From the NCBI GenBank assembly GCA_002269645.1, contig NIVC01001489.1, positions 62,001 through 126,000 of the forward strand: a stretch of 64,000 bases of DNA. The letters are read 5' to 3'. A model generated the notes under the pieces. It made no database searches and had not been told where the DNA came from. It saw only the letters and a program-made list of their open reading frames with translations. Positions 1 to 13,450 of this stretch are shown here, one piece after another (positions within the stretch are counted from its first letter, which is position 1; every line of letters begins with the position of its first letter). Source of the stretch: Macrostomum lignano. Lineage: Eukaryota. The position numbers and the translations under genes are program-made.

Positions 1-19
1 TCAAAGAAAAGACGGTTTA

Positions 20-720
20 AAGAATCTGTCAGCGTGTTGAAACCACTGGAAGAAGAGATCGTCTGCGGAGGGACAGAAATCGCCAAAACAAGTTACGGAA
101 GCCTCAGGTCCAATTGCTACTCGATGCAATTGAGACAAACCCTTTGTTGACGTTGCAGAAAGTGCAGCCAAAGTTGAAAGAACAGTTCTATTTGTTTTTC
201 AGCATTTCGACCATCAGCAGAGCTCTGGAAAAGCGACTGATAACACTGAAAATTCTTGGTAGAGACGCTGACCTTCCAGAAGTACGCTCGTACATGTACG
301 CAACAGCCCGGACGAGTTTTCTGGACGAGACTGGATTTAACATTTTGACTCGAAGAACGCAAAGTCCTGGTCGTCGAGGTCAGCAAGTGAATGTACTGCA
401 AGCGGTTTTACCGACCATTTGACTCGCCTGCCACAAAGTTGCGAACTAGACTAGGACCGGTGATTTGTTTTATCAGTGCATCAGTAAACTGCTGCAATCT
501 CTACTCGAAGTTCATGGACTGGATGCCCAACAGATGCGCGTCATTTTGGATGATGCGCGGTTTCATGCACGGAGCCTGCATTTCGGAAGTACATCAGGAC
601 AGGATCCAAGCTCATCACATTGCAACCATAATCCCCGTTTCTAAATCCTGTCAAGGCTGTCCATTCTTGCCTGAAGGCTGTAATCAAACAGGAGCTCAGT
701 GACCCGGCCAACCAACTAGA
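20..720 (+). mobile_element. Degenerate Tc1/IS630-family (DDE) transposase relic
   Basis: ORF 114-422 has an HTH-like segment (SISTISRALEK) and FLDETGFN (first catalytic Asp). Other frames give ILDDARFH (~545-570, second Asp motif) and FLNP (~640). Frameshifted; no TIRs identified. Confidence 0.7.
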
Positions 721-1213
721 GCTTGATCAGCCGCCTCCTAAACACCACCCTTGGCCAATGGAGAGTACATAATGCTTCACAGCTGCCATCACACCTTTAA
801 AGAGTTCAGGTTGGTACAGGCTGATGCTGCGCTTCGTGCCCACTTGCATGGCAAGGAAAAAAGTTAATTGAGTTGAGCTAGCAGCTGAGCAAGCAGCTGA
901 GTTGAGCTATGAATACAACTATGTTTGGTTGCCATCTGCTATCTGGAAGCAGTGTCCCTAGCTAAGTACTGATCACCAAACGCTACTACTCACAAAGGCT
1001 CGCCTTGTAAAGTCACTTTATTTATTACCTTCACTGTGCAGTTTGCAATCAGCTGAATGCGATAAATAATTAATGAAAGAAAAGGAAATTACATGTAATT
1101 TTGAAATGAGGATAAAACGCTTAAAAGCTGCCGTTCTGATTAGTCTTCAGCTAACTTTCTAACCAATATTCCTGGCTGTTCAATATTCAAGAAAACTTGC
1201 AGCATTCAGCAGA

Positions 1214-2150
1214 ATGGACCCGTTCAAAATTCTACACTTGGTCCCCAACCTGAAGGGCCACATTGGCAAATTGGTGCAAGAGGATCAAGGCATGAAGCGA
1301 ATCATCAGGCCAGTGTACTGCAGGAACACTGATCCGCCTAAGTTTATCGCTTTGCCGTTCACCGTGTGCTTCAACTTTCCAGGTGACTTGTTGGTTGCTC
1401 GGGTGGGGGGGGGGGGCTGCGGGGTCGACCGTGGCCCCAAAAGACCTGCGAACTAACTACATGTACCCACGTCATTGGTGTAGTCAATTATGATTACTTC
1501 ATCTATAGCACAGGATTAATTGCCTATATTAAAGTTCATGTAGTTTGAATTTAATTTAACATTGCTCAAAATTGAGAGTAAAATATACAAGTGCACGATT
1601 TGACTTAATTCATAATTTTTGCTTGTCTTCATCTTGCTTGGATCGCTGATATAGTTATCCTATATGCTTCTACCCTGCAGGCACCCAGGTTACCCATTCG
1701 GAGGTGAAAATGGCCATCGACAGCAAACTGGAGATTTTAGCCGGCCAGTACGTCATCCAGTGCATCCAGTTTCTGCCTCTGGCCAGCACCATCAACGTCA
1801 AAGGCATGGAGAACCGTTGGGTGATCACGTTTAATAAGAACGAGCCGAAACTTGAGCTGATCCGGTTCGGCATTAAGGTGCACGGCATCTACGCGACTGT
1901 GCGGGATTACAGCGACGTGCAGCGAGTTGAAATAGCGCTCTGGCAGCTGGCCAATCCGGAGAAGCCGGAAGATCTGCTTGGCACCAGCAGCATGGAGAGC
2001 TCTCGGCCCAGCACCACGGGCAGCCGGAGCGGCCTCATGGAGTCGCCGTTCAGTTACGGCAACACTGAGGTTGACAGGATCAAGCGGATGCTGCTGAAAC
2101 GGAAGCCGACCTTTGCCGAGCTGCAATCGATGCTGCACGAAGAGCATTGA
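1214..2150 (+). CDS. Two-exon uncharacterised protein, 212 aa, RRM-like / LINE ORF1(ZCCHC3)-like N-terminal domain; exons 1214-1382, 1681-2150
   Basis: Phase-1 donor g|gtgact at 1383 matches phase-1 acceptor ctgcag|gc at 1680. Spliced ORF is open: ...FTVCFNFPGTQVTHSEVKMAI...IQCIQFLP...NRWVITF...GIKVHG. Family assignment is from pattern resemblance only. Confidence 0.6.
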
Positions 2151-2353
2151 TTCATTGTTCTCCGCCTCTTCTCTAGCAGCACAGAATTATCTGCTCGGAG
2201 TACTCACCCAATGTCCGTTGGATACATATAGTTAACTCCTTGTGTTAAACCGGGTCACCCATACATGTCACGTCAAAAGACCGAAATTCGCTTTAACTGG
2301 CATAGCCAGATAGGAATTTTATGTACTCTGGCTTAGGATATTTATTATGCATA

Positions 2354-3652
2354 CGAGGGTCAGTCAAAAAGTAATGATAATTTTGTTGCACCGCCTAAAA
2401 TATCAGAGTTATTGAACTGCAACTGGTTTCATTTGAAAAAACATCTTTTGATCTTTATTTGACAGAGTTTTGGTTCTTCTAAAGTGATTGATGCCTGCAT
2501 GGTGACACTCTAATCACAGTATATCCTTTAAGCAATGGAAAATTAAAAAGTCGAAGCTCGTACTAACGTGACATTTCTTGTATAGCTTGGTTGGAAGCCA
2601 GCCGAAATCATTGACGCTTTGAAGAAGGTCTATGGGGACATTGCTCCACTAGATCCAACCATTTACTGCTGGATTCAGGCTTTTAAGGAAGACCGAGAGT
2701 CCACGGAAGACGCCCAGCGGTCGGGAAAGCCCACAACATCGCGCACAGGGGAAAATGTGGTAGCTGTGCAGCCAGTGATTGAGCTGGATCGGCGCATAAC
2801 CATAGACAATATTGCTGAAAAAGTGGGCATTGCTCATGGCAGTGCTCACTCCATTGTGATGGACTATCTTGGTCTGAGCAAGCTGAGTGCTTGCTGGGTC
2901 CCGCGGCTGTTGCGGCCTGAACACCGGGTTCAATGCACTGAGTGCGCCATCAATCTGCTGAACTGCTTGGACGCTGATTCAGAAAACAGTTACCAGCGCT
3001 TAGTGACCGGGGATGAAACATGAATATTTCAATACAATCCCGAGTCCAAGGTCCAATCCAAGGAGTGGCTGCGACGAGATTCAGCAGGCCCCAAGAAGTT
3101 CCATTCGGAACGGTCTGCAGCGGAGGTCTTGGCGACCATCTTCTGGGATGTTGAGGGAGTGGTGACGGTGGACTTCTTGGAAAGCCAGAAGACCATCAAT
3201 GCCACCTATTATGAGTCGCTTCTGTAAAAGCTCCGCACCGAACTGGCCAAAAAGCAACATGGCAAGTTGCACCTTGGGATTCTCTTTCACCACGACAATG
3301 CACCAGCTCACACTTCTCGGCTCTGCCATGAAGCCCTGCGAGATTTCTGCTGGGAAATCCTCCAGCATCCTCCATATAGCCCTGGTTTGGCTCTTTCGGA
3401 CTTTTTTTGCTTCCCAAGCTGAAGGAAGCAATCAAAGGAGTCCAAGATGAGGACAAAGAGGCTGCCAAAAAGGCTACTGTACAGTGGCTTGCTGCACAGC
3501 CTCCTGAGTTCTACGCAAACGGCCTGGAGAGATGGCGACACTGCATGGAGAAGTGCCTGACCCTGGAGGGGGACTATGTTGAAAAGTAGATTTCCATTTA
3601 AAGTTTGAGACTCGTGAGAACAAAATTATCATTACTTTTTGACTGACCCTCG
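2354..3652 (+). mobile_element. Full-length defective mariner (DD34D) element, 1299 bp
   Basis: Perfect 34-bp TIRs cgagggtcagtcaaaaagtaatgataattttgtt (2354-2387 and 3619-3652) flanked by TA on both sides. Transposase motifs WVPR, VTGDET, HDNAP, HPPYSPGLALSD, GDYVE. Premature stops (TGA 3021, TAA ~3225) and a frameshift near 3405. Confidence 0.95.
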
Positions 3653-4014
3653 TATTTCTATCCTGACATTTTATTCTCCCTGAAAAATCTCGAATAAATG
3701 ATCGAAAACACAAGCAAATACAGTAAAGCATATCGGCTATGATTCTCTGAAAACACCGGTTCGAAAATTATTGATACATTTTTTGTTTATTTATTTGATG
3801 ATTATCAAGGCAAAAAATTTCTGCACCATTTCAAATAGTGCAGTACGAGCTACACTAAAAAAAAACAAATGAAAATATTATTCAAGTGGATCGCTTCTTG
3901 CTAGAGAGAGTCGACTGCAAAACAAAGAGAAGTAGGTTTTCATTGAAATGGATATATCTAGTGTAGCAAGAGAAGTTTATGTAGACTTTCGTTGCTGCCT
4001 GGACGATATGGCCA

Positions 4015-4305
4015 TTACTTTGATGCTCCAGAGTTTGACGGAAGCCGGTCGGATGACGAAGAGACTCCTTGGATGAGGTCACCCTGACTGGCGTCCCGCC
4101 TGGCCCCGCACCCCTCGCCCTGGCCCTGCTGCTGCTGGTCGTCATCATCGTCAAACGTCATCGACTGTTCGAATATTTGATTGAAGTTCCTGCCGATCAT
4201 TCGCGATAGGTCCGTATATCGAATGGCGTGCGTTTCGCAGGTGTGAACCTTTTCTTTCTGGTAAGCGAGGTCCAGATCGTACTTCTTGGACGGCGAGGAA
4301 GGCAT
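4015..4305 (-). CDS. Small unknown protein (~96 aa), possibly single coding exon
   Basis: MPSSPSKKYDLDLAYQKEKVHTCETHAIRY... GC-rich, codon-like stretch in AT-rich flanks. Acceptor-like tatatag lies directly before the ATG. No family recognised. Confidence 0.4.
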   Translation of the reverse strand: MPSSPSKKYDLDLAYQKEKVHTCETHAIRYTDLSRMIGRNFNQIFEQSMTFDDDDDQQQQGQGEGCGARRDASQGDLIQGVSSSSDRLPSNSGASK

Positions 4306-5108
4306 GCTATATAGCAAATAGTGATCGATAATTACCTTGATGGTTGGTGGCGATAATCTTTTAACTAAAACTCTTGTTAGCTAAAAATCATTCAGTGGGC
4401 TTTTTTACGACTCTGCTAGGTTTCTCTTTGCTGAGCAAACGCACCATAGACTAAAAATACATGTACTTAATCAGCGCAGTTTTCGAGATCATCTGTAGCG
4501 CAAGTTTTGTTTAACTAAGCATAATAAGTTTCTTTCTAAAAAATTATATCTAATTCGCGGTGTGCAACGTAACTGCCTACATCATCTATTCAATATTTAG
4601 TCGACTGCAGTATATATTTTCGGCTATACTACACTACGCGTTCACTTTAAAATAGTTTGGTGATGCAGCACTACTTTCTGCAGAAGAGTCGGTTTGCATG
4701 ATTGCTCAAATATGCTCATAATCAATATCTAATTGATCACATTGAAACAGCTGTATTACAATATTAATTTTTCAGTCCAACATGAGTGTATGTTTATAAA
4801 GAACAAATAAAAGTCAGTTACTTCCTATCTTTGGAAAAAGTAGAATATTTTCTATTACAATTGTTAAAACCTTCTATTTACTAGTAACAATCGAAAAAAA
4901 TAATTTATATAGGTTTACGTTTGTTAAGTCATTTGTTAAGTTTACCCAAAAATTAAATGTAATTGTCGCGACATACTTTTTCTACGACATCGATCAGATA
5001 ATAATTGATAAACAGGTCTACGCTTTCGGTCTGTGAAATTGTGCGAAGTAGTGCGAAAGCTGTAAAACTGTTCTTTGAACCCCATCCCTAAGAAATTGAC
5101 ACATACAA

Positions 5109-8100
5109 ATGGCTTTGTCACTAAACCATGTACTTGGTCGGCGAACATTGACGTTATTTGGTGTAGGCGCCGCAACTGCCTTGACTAGCTGGTTCATTTA
5201 TCTACGCAATCGATATTTAAAACAGATCACTTCGGGTAAAGAGACTGAAGGTATGTCTGTTATGCTTTCATTGTTTTCTATTTTCATAAAGTTGTTAATA
5301 CTTGTTATGTAGTTCTACGTAACAGACCTTATAAAACAGACAGTAAAATGCATTTGGGTAGGCTTATAAGTTATCAAACTTATACTAGGCCTAGTTATAA
5401 GTTGACAAAAATTAAAATAGAATAAAAAATATTTTATTTAGGCCTAGTATTGTGAATACATTTCTACTTAGAGTTTAAGATCAAATATTGACTGGGCCTA
5501 AAAGTTAGCAAAACAGAAAACAATCTATTCTAAATCCTTATTAGGTAAATTATGAATAAACCTTAATTCAACAAGGCATTTTATTCTTTTTTATTATAAT
5601 ATATTTTTTATTCAGGCCAGAATTCTATAGGCCTAGTTTATAAAAATCATTAAATGTCTTAGAACTTGCTTTAGAAATTAAATATTCAAGGTAGAATGAT
5701 TTTAATAATAGGCCTATTATATTTATATTTCATATCTTTTTGATTTTAATTTAATATTTAAAAAAATTATGCTGTATTTTTTCTATAATAACTATATTGC
5801 TAATTATACAAATATATTATAATTATTAAATAAAATAGAAAGTTCTATAAGTTCTTACAGTTTATAAAGCCTTTATCTAATAAATATGTAAAATCAATGA
5901 ATTATTTTTCAATATAATATTTTATTGTCAAAATGACAAAAAGATATAGTTTATTAGTTTTATAACTTATAGTTCAGTTTGATATTCAAACAAATAAAGT
6001 AGGCAAATAACATTTTAGACTCAAAAGATATACCTAGATAATATATCCAAATAAAAGTTATCTATATCAATCTACCATTGTATTTTTAGAAAAGAAAGTA
6101 TGACTGCTTATAGCCTAAATTTATTAATAGGAAATATTGAGAATGTGGATGATAAATATGCGCCACTACTTAGCTGGTTTCTTTAAAAGTTATCAACAGC
6201 TAGTATATTTCTCGATTTAACCTGCTATCTTTTACTACCTTCTTACATTTTCAGGCAAATCTAGCAAGCGAAAAGCTCATCAGCCTACTGACAGTAGTGA
6301 AAATGGCCCACGAGACGAGGCCCCAGCTAATGCAGCCAATTCTGAAGACCTGCAAATGGAATCTCTGTCAGCTGATACTTCAGTTAGACTGCCAGGAGCT
6401 TCTACTGTTAAACTGCGGCATCACGTGACGCCCATAGAAGAGGAAGAGGATTCCACTGCTGGCGCCGCTGAGGTGACTATTGACGATTCGAGCTCGGGAG
6501 GTCGGGTGATGGCCGCTCGGCCGGGCGGTTTCCAGTCAGCCGGACCTGGCCGTGGCGGCGCGGCTGCCCCTGCTCCAGAGACAGAGATTGTTGACTCCGA
6601 TTTCGAACAGGTTTCTTTGCTGATAGAACGGGCCTAACATACCTGGCCTTATGTGCAGCTGTTGATGCTCAAGAAGGAGGGGTTTAGGGCAATAGGGGAT
6701 AGCTGTAACACCCTGTTCTCAATTAGTGTCGTCAACAAAACCTCCCGGTCACCGGACCCTCGCCTCGCCGCTGTGTCTACGGACCACTGTCACTGCCATC
6801 ACAACCTACAACCTCCAAATCACTAAAACAACTCAAAATCACCAATAAAACCTCACGATCACCAACACAACCTCACGATCACCAACACAACCTCACAATC
6901 ACCAACACAACCTCACAATCACCATCACAACCTCACAATCACCAATACAACCTCTCACCCTCCAGTGTCCCCCTCTCACCCTCACGTATCCCCCTCTCAA
7001 TCTCCCGTGTCCCCCTCTCACTCTCCATCACCATTAAAACCTCACAATCACTAACACAACCTCATAAACACCATCACAACCCCAAAATCACTAACACAAC
7101 CTCATAAACACCATCACAACCTCACAATCACCAACACAACCTCACAATCACCATCACAACCTCACAATCACTAAAACAACCTCACGATCACCATCACAAC
7201 CTCACAATCACCAACACAACCTCACAATCACCATCACAACCTCACAATCACCAACACAACCTCACAATCACCATCACAACCTCACAATCACCAACACAAC
7301 CTCACAATCACCATCACAACCTCACAATCACTAAAACAACCTCACGATCACCATCACAACCTCACAATCACCAACACAACCTCACAATCACCAACACAAC
7401 CTCACAATCACCTTCACAACCTCACGATCACCATCACAACCTCACGATCACCATCACAACCTCAGGATCACCAATACAACCTCACGATCACCAATACAAC
7501 CTCACAATCACCATCACAACCTCACAATCACTAAAACAACCTCACAATCACCATCACAACCTCACAATCACTAAAACAACCTCACAATCACCATCACAAC
7601 CTCACAATCACTAAAACAACCTCACGATCACCATCACAACCTCACAATCACCATCACAACCTCACGATCACCATCACAACCTCAGGATCACCAATACAAC
7701 CTCACGATCACCAATACAACCTCACAATCACCATCACAACCTCACAATCACTAAAACAACCTCACAATCACCATCACAACCTCACGATCACCATCACAAC
7801 CTCACAATCACTAAAACAACCTCACAATCACCACCACAACCTCACAATCACCATCACAACCTCACAATCACCAATACAACCTCTCACCCTCCAGTGTCCC
7901 CCTCTCACTCTCCATCACCATTAAAACCTTACAATCACTAAAACAACCTCACAATCACCATCACAACCTCACAATCACCATCACAACCTCACGATCACCA
8001 TCACAACCTCACAATCACCATCACAACCTCACCATCACCATCACAACCTCACAATCACCATCACAACCTCACGATCACCATCACAACCTCACGATCACCA

Positions 8101-10550
8101 TCACAACCTCACGATCACCATCACAACCTCACAATCACCTTCACAACCTCACGATCACCATCACAACCTCACAATCACCAACACAACCTCACAATCACCA
8201 TCACAACCTCACAGTCACCATCACGACCTCACAATCACCATCACAACCTCACAATCACCAATACAACCTCACAATCACCAACACAACCATTCCCAACCAG
8301 GCAAAAATTCCCAACCGCACGCTCGCAGGAGATCCGATCCCAAGAAGCGGCCAAAGGCTCGGCCGGCGCAGACTCCGACCTGACGCCGGAATTCATAGCC
8401 AACCGGCTGGCCGCCATGAGCAAGTCCGACTGCGCCAGCGTCCAGCTGCTCGACCGGGACGCCGACGTCCTGGCCAGGTGCTTGGCTGGCAGCTCTGACG
8501 GCGACACGGTCAGAGCGATGCAACTGATTGGCCGGCTGGCCCAGTTCCAGCATCACATGGACCGGCTGAGCAGGGGCGGCTGTCTGGTTGCCGAGATCTG
8601 CCGCGTGTTCCAACGGAATAGCGGAGCTGTTGAAGTGCGGCTGCAGTGCCTGCTGAACCTCATCAACCTGTCTGGTGAGGCTGGGTCTGCCTCTACCGTG
8701 TCCCCCTCTCACCCTGCAGTGTCCCCCTCACCCTCCAGTGTCCCCCTCTCACCCTCCCGTGTCCCCCTCTCACCCTCCAGTGTCCCCCTCTCACCCTCCG
8801 GTGTCCCCCTCTCACCCTCCAGTGTCCCCCTCTCACCCTTCAGTGTCCCCCTCTCACCCTCCCGTGTCCCCCTCTCACCCTCCGGTGTCCCCCCTCTCAC
8901 CCTTCAGTGTCCCCCTCTCACCCTCCCGTGTCCCCCTCTCACCCTCCGGTGTCCCCCTCTCACCCTCCAGTGTCCCCCTCTCACCCTCCCGTGTCTGTCT
9001 CTCACCCTCCCGTGTCCCCCTCTCACCCTCCCGTGTCTTCCTCTCACCCTACCGTTTCCCTCTCTCATTCTACCGTGTCCCCCTCTCACCCTCCCGAGCC
9101 CCCTCTCACTCTCCTATGTCCCCCTCCCACCCTCCCGTGCCCCTTTCCGTCCCGTTTCTCCCCTTAGTTTACCATGTACACCCCTCACCCTATCATATCT
9201 ACTTCTCACCCTAGAACACATCTCCCTCTCCACCTATCACCAGAAGCTCCCTAACCGCCACTCCCCCCTTTCGCAGGCGTGCCCTCCAACCAGCAGGCCA
9301 TCCTGGACATTGCCGGCGCCATCGCCTCGGTGGTGCCGAGCTCAGCCCGGCTGGCTCAGTACGGCCTGCAGCTGCTGGCCAACCTGGCCCTGTACGAGCC
9401 CTGTCGGCCCCGCCTGCTGCCCCTGCTGCCGGGCTTCATCGCCGAGCTGCGGCTCCAACTGGCCGCCCCGCCTGCCGACCAGTCCTCTGAACAGTCCAGA
9501 CGGTTGCGCCAGTGCCTCACCCTGCTCAGCAATCTGACCTCCGACTCCGGCGCCTGCCTGATTGCCTTGGCTACCAATGTTGAAGTTGACGAATTGCCAG
9601 TTCCGGGCACTGCCAACCAGCTGCTGGCTGCTGATCCGGCAATTCGACTGGCCTGGGTCTGCTTTATTGGCAATGCGGCCAGGCAGACCGAGGCGCTGCA
9701 GGCCGCCACGGTTGGGGGCACCACTCTGGCTGACGCTTTTATGGTGAGTGCTGAGATTTTCTAGTTCTAATAATAGGTGAGCCTTTCAGATCTCATGGGT
9801 GAGATTTTCTATTCTCATTGGGGAGATTTTCTGTTCTCATTAGTGATATTTTCTATTCTCATTGGTGAGATTTTCTATTCTCATTGGTGAGATTTTCTAT
9901 TCTCATTAGTGAGATTTTCAATTCTCAATGGTGAGATTTTCTGTTCTCATTGGTGAGATTTTCTATTCTCATTAGTGAGATTTTCAATTCTCAATGGTGA
10001 GATTTTCTGTTCTCATTGGTGAGATTTTCTATTCTCATTAGTGAGATTTCCTATTCTCATTGGTGAGATTTTCTATTCTCATTGGTGATATTTTCTATTC
10101 TCATTGGTGAGATTTTCGGTTCTCATTGGTGAGATTTTCGGTTCTCATTGGTGAGATTTTCTATTCTCATTGGTGAGATTTTCTATTCTCATTGGTGATA
10201 ATTTCGGTTCTCATTGGTGAGATTTTTGGTTCTCATTAGTGATATTTTCTATTCTCATTAGTGAGATTTTCTATTCTCATTGGTGAGATTTTCAAAACAG
10301 GTAAGATTTTGGATTCTCATAGATAAGACTTTAGGTTCGAATAGCCGAATAGGTGGAATTTTCGTTTCTAATAACTCAATCGCACCCCATCAATGCTCAG
10401 GCGAGCCTGCCAGCCATGAGCAAGCTGGCCCAGAAGCTGAGGGACAAGCTGCGCTCATCGGACAAGACCACCGAGTACGGGCAGAAGGTGGCAGCCCTGG
10501 CCAAGGATCTGAAGTCGCTGCTTCGGCAATCGAAAGTCAAATCAAAGTGA
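5109..10550 (+). CDS. ARMC10/ARMCX-like protein (N-terminal TM anchor, acidic linker, armadillo repeats), 486 aa; exons 5109-5250, 6255-6610, 8329-8674, 9277-9743, 10401-10550
   Basis: Five exons join in consistent phase (1,0,1,0) with GT-AG sites. N-terminal TLFGVGAATALTSWFIYLR anchor; ARM-like helices RLQCLLNLINLS and GLQLLANLALY. Confidence 0.75.
6797..8290 (+). repeat. 20-bp minisatellite (ctcacaatcaccatcacaac)n filling intron 2 of the ARM gene
   Basis: Direct tandem repeat, with two embedded patches of the 21-bp unit of the next intron (~6950-7040, ~7880-7925). Confidence 0.95.
8697..9200 (+). repeat. 21-bp minisatellite (ccctccagtgtccccctctca)n, intron 3
   Basis: Direct tandem repeat, decaying at the 3' end. 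Confidence 0.95.
9790..10292 (+). repeat. 22-bp minisatellite (attggtgagattttctattctc)n, intron 4
   Basis: Direct tandem repeat. Confidence 0.95.
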
Positions 10551-11227
10551 AGTCTTTAACTCGATTTTTTGTAAGTAATTTAGTCAGTCGCTGTGTTAGC
10601 GCTTGACTTTCTATCAATACTTGCTTCTTGGCCTGGGTACCGTTTTAATCGGGTTAGAAATAGAATACAGATTATTTGTAATATTACTGATAGTAGTCAT
10701 TGAAGATTCGCACATGTCAATCAATCAATGCGAGAGAATTGCTGTGACCCTTGAGTTAATAGACATCTGTTTGTTTGTCCCCTAATTATACTACTAATCT
10801 TATTTTGATGCTTAGTGAGTAGCAATGCAAGAATTTTAAATCTAAATTTGAAAAAAATCTTTTGTCACAATCAATTATTTTGTTAAGTTGTATTTTTTAT
10901 CTCCTACTAACAAAGGTTTGCAGTGTGTAAAGCTTAGTTTAACCCGCAGCTTAAGGATATTCGAGTTTGTGCTTCGCAGTCAGTTTGCCCCATCATGTTT
11001 GCTGCATTTTCAGACCCGTATTTTAAGATCGTATTCTAAAATTACCATTTCAGTCTTTTTGTTTTACTCACTGCAGTAGTCCAGGTAGCTTTTTATCGTA
11101 TGTTTATCACAACAGCATCTAGTCATGTCATAATTAAATTAAAAAAAATCTTCTTAACTAATTGTTTCGTCTGTACTTTTAAATTTGTGTTCTAGAAAAT
11201 GTATTAACCTATCGGGTGATAAAGGAA

Positions 11228-11600
11228 CCGTAGTCCAGTGGTCCAGCGCGGGGCTTTGATTTGCCAGCGACCCAGGCTCGATTCCAAGTGCAGTCACATT
11301 AATTTGGGGCTAAATTGGGATCTCGGCTTGGCTCTGCTCGGGCAATTAACGCCCTTAAGGGCCAGCCCCCAAGGCACAGTGAAGTGTACATGCCTAACGA
11401 TTAATAAAGTTTTGGCTGCTGTACACTCCTGTGTGAGTGTGTGCCTGTGCGTATGACTGCGTACATGGGGGAGTCGGCGGAATGGGCAGCAATGCCTCTC
11501 GCCGGTTGTGAGACAATGTCGCTTAAAGTGCGCCAGGGTTCACGCAGCCCCCTGCCTCTAGCTTGGTGATTAACAATCCCATAGTCTATGAAGTTGATTT
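11228..11600 (+). mobile_element. tRNA-headed SINE-like element
   Basis: A-box-like tagtccagtgg and B-box-like ggctcgattcc, followed by cacattaatttggggct, a motif shared with the element at ~34835. Boundaries approximate. Confidence 0.5.
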
Positions 11601-12151
11601 CGATACGTATCGGTATGTAACTAAAAAGGGACTTAAATGGAATAATCGTACTACAAGTAGAAGCTTTTAAAATTAATCCTGTATTTCCTGATTGGCTTGT
11701 TCTGCTTCTAATCGTTAATTAATGAGCCAATAACATTTCTAGTCAGAGTTGCTTAATTATTTCATCAAAGCCGATTAGTGTTGTTGCCTTTGTCCTTTCT
11801 CCTTGCTAAATATTTGGAAGGTGGTTTTTTCATTTTTTTGCATTCAGCCTATTAACTTCCGTGGCAGTGTGTGTGTGTGTTTGTTTTGTTTTTTCTCTTT
11901 GCCCTGTCCTCAGTTTTACAGCGCTGTAGCGAATGCAGCTGATCCTGGCTTTAGCTGCCCGTCTGTGCTAGTGACTAGGTTTGTAATCATATATATAAAT
12001 ATAAATTTACCCATTTTGAGCAGGAATAGAATCAACATAGGATCTGTCGTGTATAAAGACAGTTTTGGTATTCATTTAACCAGCCTTTCGTGTTCTTGCT
12101 AATATAATTCACGATTTTTAATGCTGTTGCGTGTTTGAGCACTGCATTTTC

Positions 12152-12210
12152 TGACTGATAGACAGACAGGAAGACAGACAGGTAGACAGATAGACAGATA
12201 GACAGACAGG

Positions 12211-12252
<42 letters not shown>

Positions 12253-12660
12253 GGTAGGCAGATAGACAGACAGGTAGACAGATAGACAGACAGACAGACA
12301 GACAGGTAGACAGATAGACAGACAGGTAGACAGATAGACAGACAGGTAGACAGATAGACAGACAGATAGACAGATAGACAGACAGGTAGGCAGACAGGTA
12401 GACAGATAGACAGACAGGCAGACAGATAGACAGACGGGCAGGCAGGCAGATAGACAGACGGGCAGGCGGGCAGACAGACAGACAGGCAGGCAGATAGACA
12501 GACGGGCAGGCAGGCAGATAAGCAGACGGGCAGGCAGGCAGACAGACAGACAGGCAGGCAGGCAGATAGACAGACGGGCAGGCAGGCAGATAGACAGACG
12601 GGCAGGCAGGCAGATAGACAGACGGGCAGGCAGGCAGGCAGGCAGACAGACAGACAGGTA
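12152..12660. repeat. Compound tetranucleotide microsatellite (GACA/GATA/GGCA)n
   Basis: Direct observation. Confidence 0.95.
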
Positions 12661-12854
12661 GGAAGCTCAAATCACTCGCGCTGTCAGACTGGCGGTTTCG
12701 GTACAGATAATGCATAACATAGATGTACATAGACAATAATATGTAATGTAACAGTGATTAAATCAAACTAATAGATATAAGATAAAGAAGAGGAGAGAAG
12801 AGAGCTAATGAGACACAAGCCTTGAGCGGGTTGGGTTGCTACTGTGAAGTTTCA

Positions 12855-13010
12855 AAGGACCCAATCGAGGGCCGCCGGACAACTGAATTTGCCGAAACCT
12901 GGCTTAGCCAATCAGCGCAGGGCAGAGGGTCAGAGAAAAGGAGGGAGAGAGACGTACACCCAGCTCAGCCAATCAGCTCGCGACACCGCCTGCTTGGGCC
13001 CCGCCGCCAA
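12855..13010 (+). promoter_or_regulatory. Putative promoter with clustered CCAAT boxes upstream of the Cys-loop gene
   Basis: ccaatc motifs at ~12861, ~12909 and ~12969 in a GC-rich island ~1.1 kb upstream of ATG 14079. Confidence 0.35.
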
Positions 13011-13450
13011 CCAGCCAGAACCGGCTGGAACCGAGATGCAACACAAAACAAAATGATTAACTGTCTCAGTTTGCGGAAAGTGCACAAACACCACACTGCA
13101 TTCGGTTGTGCATTGCAATATTAGATTACGTAAGAAACATCAAAGGAAGACAACTGCATCTGTTCCTTATTTAATTGCCCGTAGGTCAGTCTGTTTGAAA
13201 TTTTATTTTAGCTAAGTTAAATGCGCAAGCTTGCATCCCTTTCTACTGTTAGTAGCTGTAATGCAGAATTCGTCGTTATATTTTTGGGATTTCAATGGGT
13301 TAATTTTTCGTCAGCAGATCGAGGGCTGAGGAGACTGGGGAAGAATTTGGCAGGAAATTATCACGAATTTCTCTGTGGGGATGCACATTTTCTTAGCTGC
13401 ACCAGGGCTGAAACAGCTGCTCCGCCTTTGCGTTTAAAAGCGATTGATTT

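Noticed and set aside
8675-9237. Long Pro/Ser-rich ORFs across the 21-bp array
   Set aside because: Produced by an intronic minisatellite; the real gene splices around it.
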